From assembly GCA_043798985.1 (NCBI GenBank), contig JAZDOE010000001.1, positions 309 through 64,308 of the forward strand: 64,000 bases of DNA, in the 5' to 3' direction. This DNA is from Candidatus Falkowbacteria bacterium (GTDB taxonomy: Bacteria > Patescibacteriota > Patescibacteriia > UBA11705 > JACRDX01). The notes under the pieces were generated by a model, which was not told the origin of the DNA, ran no database searches, and was given only the letters and a program-made list of their open reading frames with translations. This document shows positions 60,566-64,000 of the stretch, in pieces; within the stretch, counting starts at the first letter, position 1; every line of letters starts with the position of its first letter. Made by a program: the position numbers and the translations under genes.

Positions 60566-60775
60566 CTAGAGTCTTTTCAATAAATCATTGATATCCACGC
60601 CGCCGCGTTGGAGTTTGGTAAAATCAATAACTTCTTCCCACGCGCCGGCATTCACAGGCGAAATTTTAAAAATAGGCTGCGCTCGCCGCGTGACGATTAT
60701 TGATTCGCCGGCTTTTACTTTTTGGTAGTAGCTGTCCAAATTTTGTCTGAACTCTTTTAGATTTACTTGATTCAT
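60566..60775 (-). CDS. Type II toxin-antitoxin system Phd/YefM-family antitoxin
   Basis: 69 aa (MNQVNLKEFRQNLDSYYQKVKAGESIIVTRRAQPIFKISPV) with a Phd/YefM fold signature, 10 nt upstream of the toxin. Confidence 0.75.
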   Translation of the reverse strand: MNQVNLKEFRQNLDSYYQKVKAGESIIVTRRAQPIFKISPVNAGAWEEVIDFTKLQRGGVDINDLLKRL

Positions 60776-60918
60776 ATATGTTAACGTTAAGATTATCTTA
60801 ATCGTATCTTATGTTTATCTTTGTGTCAAATTTAGGGTTGTTGAATACAGATACCCTCGATTTGACCAAAAGATTTTTTACAGGCTATACTGGTTGCAGA
60901 AAATAACGAAAAAATAAT

Positions 60919-61323
60919 ATGAAAAAGCAAGAGCCAACAATTAAGGACGTGATGTCCAGCTTAGACGTTGTTCATAAGGAATTATGTGGGCTGAATAATA
61001 GATTTACAGGGCTAGAAGAAACAGTGGGACAGACAAAAGAGGATATAACAGAAATGCGGGGTGATATAACAGAAATACGAGGAGATATAACGGGAATGAA
61101 AGGTGATATAACAGAAATGAAGGACGATATTACCTACCTAAAACGTGGAGTTGCCGAAGTTAATGTTAAGATTGATAGATTGCAAGAAGACGTGATTGAG
61201 ATGGGTGGCGCAATGACATTGTTTGCGCAGAATGTTGACGAGCGATTTGTCAAGGTTGACGAAGAATTCAAAGAAATGCACAAAGAATTATCAACACGAT
61301 CGTCTCGCGTACTTGTTGTATAG
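60919..61323 (+). CDS. Hypothetical coiled-coil protein with tandem heptapeptide repeats (GDITEM[RK])x5
   Basis: Encoded by about five tandem 21-bp DNA repeats at roughly 61040-61144. Confidence 0.55.
   Translation: MKKQEPTIKDVMSSLDVVHKELCGLNNRFTGLEETVGQTKEDITEMRGDITEIRGDITGMKGDITEMKDDITYLKRGVAEVNVKIDRLQEDVIEMGGAMTLFAQNVDERFVKVDEEFKEMHKELSTRSSRVLVV
61040..61144 (+). repeat. Tandem 21-bp repeat (about 5 units, ggtgatataacagaaatgcgg-like) within a CDS
   Basis: Successive units gaggatataacagaaatgcgg / ggtgatataacagaaatacga / ggagatataacgggaatgaaa / ggtgatataacagaaatgaag / gacgatattacctacctaaaa. Confidence 0.8.
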
Positions 61324-62508
61324 TTAAAGTTTATTGAAGATATTGAGCAATTGCTGCGCCGCTGATTGCCAAGAGAATTTCGCGGCTTGCGAGAGCCCGG
61401 AGTTTATTAAATGTCGTTGTTGTTGGTCATTCCCTGCTAAGGCCGTCAGCGCCGCGACGAGGTCATTGATATTATTTGGGTCAATATACGTCGCGGCGCT
61501 TTCACAAATTTCCGGCAAAGACGAAGCATGCGAAGTGATTACCGGTTTGCCGCATGCCATGGCCTCAAGAACAGGGAATCCAAAACCTTCGTAAAGCGAC
61601 GGATAAACAAACATTTCAGCAAGATTATATAAATATGGCTTGTCTTCGGGCGAAACATAATCAACAAGTTTTATCATGTCGCGAAATGGCGACTTTCTGA
61701 TTTGTTTGTTGATTTTGTCAAATCGCCAGCCATGCTTTCCAGCCAGCACAAGCGAATAATTTTTGTGAGTTGCGGATTTTTTAAAAAGTTCAAACGCGGA
61801 AATCAAGGTCGCAATGTTTTTGCGCGGCTCAATTGTCCCGAGATATAAAATGAATTTTTGCGGAAGTTGGTATTTATTTTTGATTCGCTTGGCAGTCGGT
61901 GTTTCTTGAAGATTGGGCTGAAAAACTGGCGCGATTCCAGAATAGATTGTGGTGATTTGTTGTTCTGGAATATTGTAAATTTTCGTTAAATCGCGTTTTG
62001 TATTTTCCGAAACCGCGATTATTTTTTTTGCTCGTTGAAATGTCTGCCGCGCGTTAATCAGCCAATGCCACGCGCGGCTTTTTGGCGAAAAACATTTTTT
62101 TAGGAACACGAAAGTCAAATCGTGGGCTGTGATTATGTATGGGCAAGCAGTTGCAATGAAATTTATATTCGGAAAAAAGAAAAAATCAACCTTGACGTTG
62201 AATTTTTTGTTGATCAAGCGATCCAATTTTGGCAATTTGAATAATAAAATCAATACGTTTAGTAGTTTGTTGGGAAAATTGAAATTGCAATAATGAACAT
62301 TGTCGCCGATGAATTTTGGCCCGCCTCCGTCCCGCCAGCGGCGGGACTCCGGCGTGGCAAGCTGATTTTTTTTGTAGGAATTGTAAAAAAGATAGTATTG
62401 ATTTTGTTTGTCTATGCTAAAAAGTTGCGATAACAAATTGAAAGTGTATTCGCCGACGCCGGTTAATTGTTTGTCTATCAGACAGCGGACATCAATTGCG
62501 ATGTTCAT
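61324..62508 (-). CDS. Glycosyltransferase family 1 (GT4)
   Basis: C-terminal EGFGFPVLEAMACGKPVITS motif. 394 aa. Confidence 0.85.
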   Translation of the reverse strand: MNIAIDVRCLIDKQLTGVGEYTFNLLSQLFSIDKQNQYYLFYNSYKKNQLATPESRRWRDGGGPKFIGDNVHYCNFNFPNKLLNVLILLFKLPKLDRLINKKFNVKVDFFFFPNINFIATACPYIITAHDLTFVFLKKCFSPKSRAWHWLINARQTFQRAKKIIAVSENTKRDLTKIYNIPEQQITTIYSGIAPVFQPNLQETPTAKRIKNKYQLPQKFILYLGTIEPRKNIATLISAFELFKKSATHKNYSLVLAGKHGWRFDKINKQIRKSPFRDMIKLVDYVSPEDKPYLYNLAEMFVYPSLYEGFGFPVLEAMACGKPVITSHASSLPEICESAATYIDPNNINDLVAALTALAGNDQQQRHLINSGLSQAAKFSWQSAAQQLLNIFNKL

Positions 62509-63586
62509 AAGAATTCCATTTGCTATCTATTAAATTTTTGATTTTGGACTTAAAGTTATCTTTGTCCCAATGCAATGCGTGCTCGCGGATTTTTTGCGGG
62601 TCAAAGTTTTCCGGTTTGAACCGTAGAATCGCGTCAGCTAAATCTTCCCAACATTGCTCGTTAAAGAACATTCCGGTTTGACCCTCAATTACTGTTTCCT
62701 TTGCTCCGCCTGCGCGCAATGCTATTACCGGTCTGCCACTGGCCATTGCTTCAACCGCAGTGATTCCAAAATCTTCAACTTGCGGATTGATAAATGCCAG
62801 AGCATGACTGTACAAATTCGGCTTGTCTTTGTCGCTGATTTGCCCGAGAAATTCAATGTTTGGTTTTGCCATTTCGCGGAGTTTATTAAGCTCTGGACCG
62901 GTGCCAAAAATTTTAAGTTCCATGTTTAGCCGATTGAATGCGGTGACGATAATGTCAAAACGTTTGTAGCTCACAAGCCTGCCTCCGGCCAAATAATAGC
63001 CGTCATTTTTTGTTGAAATGTGGAATTTACTGGTATCAACCGGCGGATGAATAACTTCGCTTGGCCGGTTGTAAAAATGCGCGATTCTGCGCTGAACTTC
63101 GTGAGAATTCGCAATAAAATAATTGACGCGGCTGGCGGCTAAACGATCCCATTGCCGCAGCCGCGTCAAAATAATCGGAAGGATTTTTTTTATTAGTTTG
63201 TTTGTTTTTAATTCCTTGACGTACGAATGATAATCAAGCCAAAGAAATCGTGGCGGTGTGTGGCAGTAGCAAATGTGCAGAGTGTTTGGTTGCGTGATTA
63301 CGCCTTTCGCGAAAATGGATGAGCTGGAAATAACAATGTCAAAGTTTTTTAAATCATGATGCTCCGTCGCAGTAGGCATCAATGGAAGCAACCATTGGAA
63401 TTTGTCCTTGTTGCGCGTGAGTTTTTGCAAAAAAGAAGTATGAATTTTGTTTGCGCTCTGGAATGTCGCAGGGTCATGCACTAACGTAAAAATAGGCGCT
63501 TCTGGATAAAGCTCTGCCATTGCTTCTAAAACTTTTTCCGCCCCCCCCTTTTGCGTTAGATGATCGTGAACCAGGGCGATTTTCAT
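62492..63586 (-). CDS. Glycosyltransferase family 1 (GT4) with a G8 homopolymer at codons 13-16
   Basis: N-terminal KGGAEKV glycine loop and C-terminal EDFGITAVEAMASGRPVIA motif. 364 aa. Confidence 0.85.
   Translation of the reverse strand: MKIALVHDHLTQKGGAEKVLEAMAELYPEAPIFTLVHDPATFQSANKIHTSFLQKLTRNKDKFQWLLPLMPTATEHHDLKNFDIVISSSSIFAKGVITQPNTLHICYCHTPPRFLWLDYHSYVKELKTNKLIKKILPIILTRLRQWDRLAASRVNYFIANSHEVQRRIAHFYNRPSEVIHPPVDTSKFHISTKNDGYYLAGGRLVSYKRFDIIVTAFNRLNMELKIFGTGPELNKLREMAKPNIEFLGQISDKDKPNLYSHALAFINPQVEDFGITAVEAMASGRPVIALRAGGAKETVIEGQTGMFFNEQCWEDLADAILRFKPENFDPQKIREHALHWDKDNFKSKIKNLIDSKWNSYEHRN
63541..63548 (-). repeat. G8 homopolymeric tract (C8 on the + strand) inside the 5' end of the glycosyltransferase CDS (codons K13-G14-G15-A16)
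   Basis: aag ggg ggg gcg on the coding strand. The other GT genes in the window encode the same G-G loop without a homopolymer. Confidence 0.85.
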
Positions 63587-63593
63587 ATTTAAG

Positions 63594-64000
63594 CTACACG
63601 TTGGATTTTCTTGTCAAAATTACCCACGGGGTTTTTAGCATTATCCAAAAGTCTAATTTCAGAGACCAGTTTTCAATATAGTATGTGTCTAATTTTACCT
63701 CGTCATCAAAGTTTAAATCGCTTCTTCCTGAAATTTGCGCCATGCCAGTGACGCCGGGTTTTATGTCCAAAACGCGCTTGTGCGCTTTTTCGTACTTTTC
63801 AACTTCGCGAGGTTGGTGCGGTCGCGGTCCGACAAGGCTCATGTTGCCAATCCAAACATTGAAAAATTGCGGAAGTTCGTCGAGCGAGGTTCGCTCAAGA
63901 AAGCGCCCAAAATGCGTTCTTCGCGGATCATTCAGAACTTTATAAAGAGGCCCTTTTCGTTCAGATTGTTTTTTGACCAATTCTTTTTCATATTCAAGCA
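63594..64000 (-). CDS. Bacterial sugar transferase (polyprenyl-phosphate hexose-1-phosphate transferase, WbaP/PglC-like). C-terminal part only; the 5' end is beyond the window.
   Basis: [22 protein letters not shown]...KPG(V/I)TGMAQI is the conserved catalytic C-terminal domain of the PF02397 family. Confidence 0.85.
   Translation of the reverse strand, partial: LEYEKELVKKQSERKGPLYKVLNDPRRTHFGRFLERTSLDELPQFFNVWIGNMSLVGPRPHQPREVEKYEKAHKRVLDIKPGVTGMAQISGRSDLNFDDEVKLDTYYIENWSLKLDFWIMLKTPWVILTRKSNV

Overview
This 64-kb window is a low-GC (about 38-45%) bacterial chromosomal segment whose core gene set and order look like a reduced-genome, possibly CPR/Patescibacteria-like, lineage: recA, efp, the rpsF-ssb-rpsR cluster, nusA, yidC, groES/groEL, speH, ychF, a pilB/gspE-type ATPase, hup, ymdB, rny, rpsA, gyrA, nrnA, rbfA, rpoB/rpoC, ftsH, nfo, infB and leuS. 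These sit alongside many GT4 glycosyltransferases, an O-antigen-ligase-like protein, two large envelope proteins (one DUF4012-type), two TrmB-like regulators, a 23S-IVS-type four-helix-bundle protein and a RelE/Phd toxin-antitoxin pair. No rRNA, tRNA or CRISPR array was seen.

Three things are not explained by routine annotation:
- Seven small high-GC (about 55-62%) gene cassettes are inserted between housekeeping genes. Each is on the + strand and has its own near-consensus sigma70 promoter, a conserved 'CGGAGG..TGTCATGG' start context and a rho-independent terminator. Two of them are paralogs at different loci, and one pair splits the normally adjacent rny and ymdB genes.
- A MITE/RPE-like hairpin repeat family has four copies. 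Two are full-length (about 110-125 bp) and intergenic; two are about 43 bp and inserted in-frame inside leuS and an RNA-methyltransferase gene.
- A 20-28-bp perfect palindrome family (GTAGAGACGAG...CTCGTCTCTAC) has five copies. One sits at the operator position of the groES promoter and one is in-frame inside a glycosyltransferase gene.

Smaller observations include G8 homopolymer tracts (one inside the 5' end of a glycosyltransferase CDS), 32-bp direct repeats of a promoter flanking one island gene, and recurring short motifs at island boundaries and in the 5'UTRs around a TrmB-like regulator.
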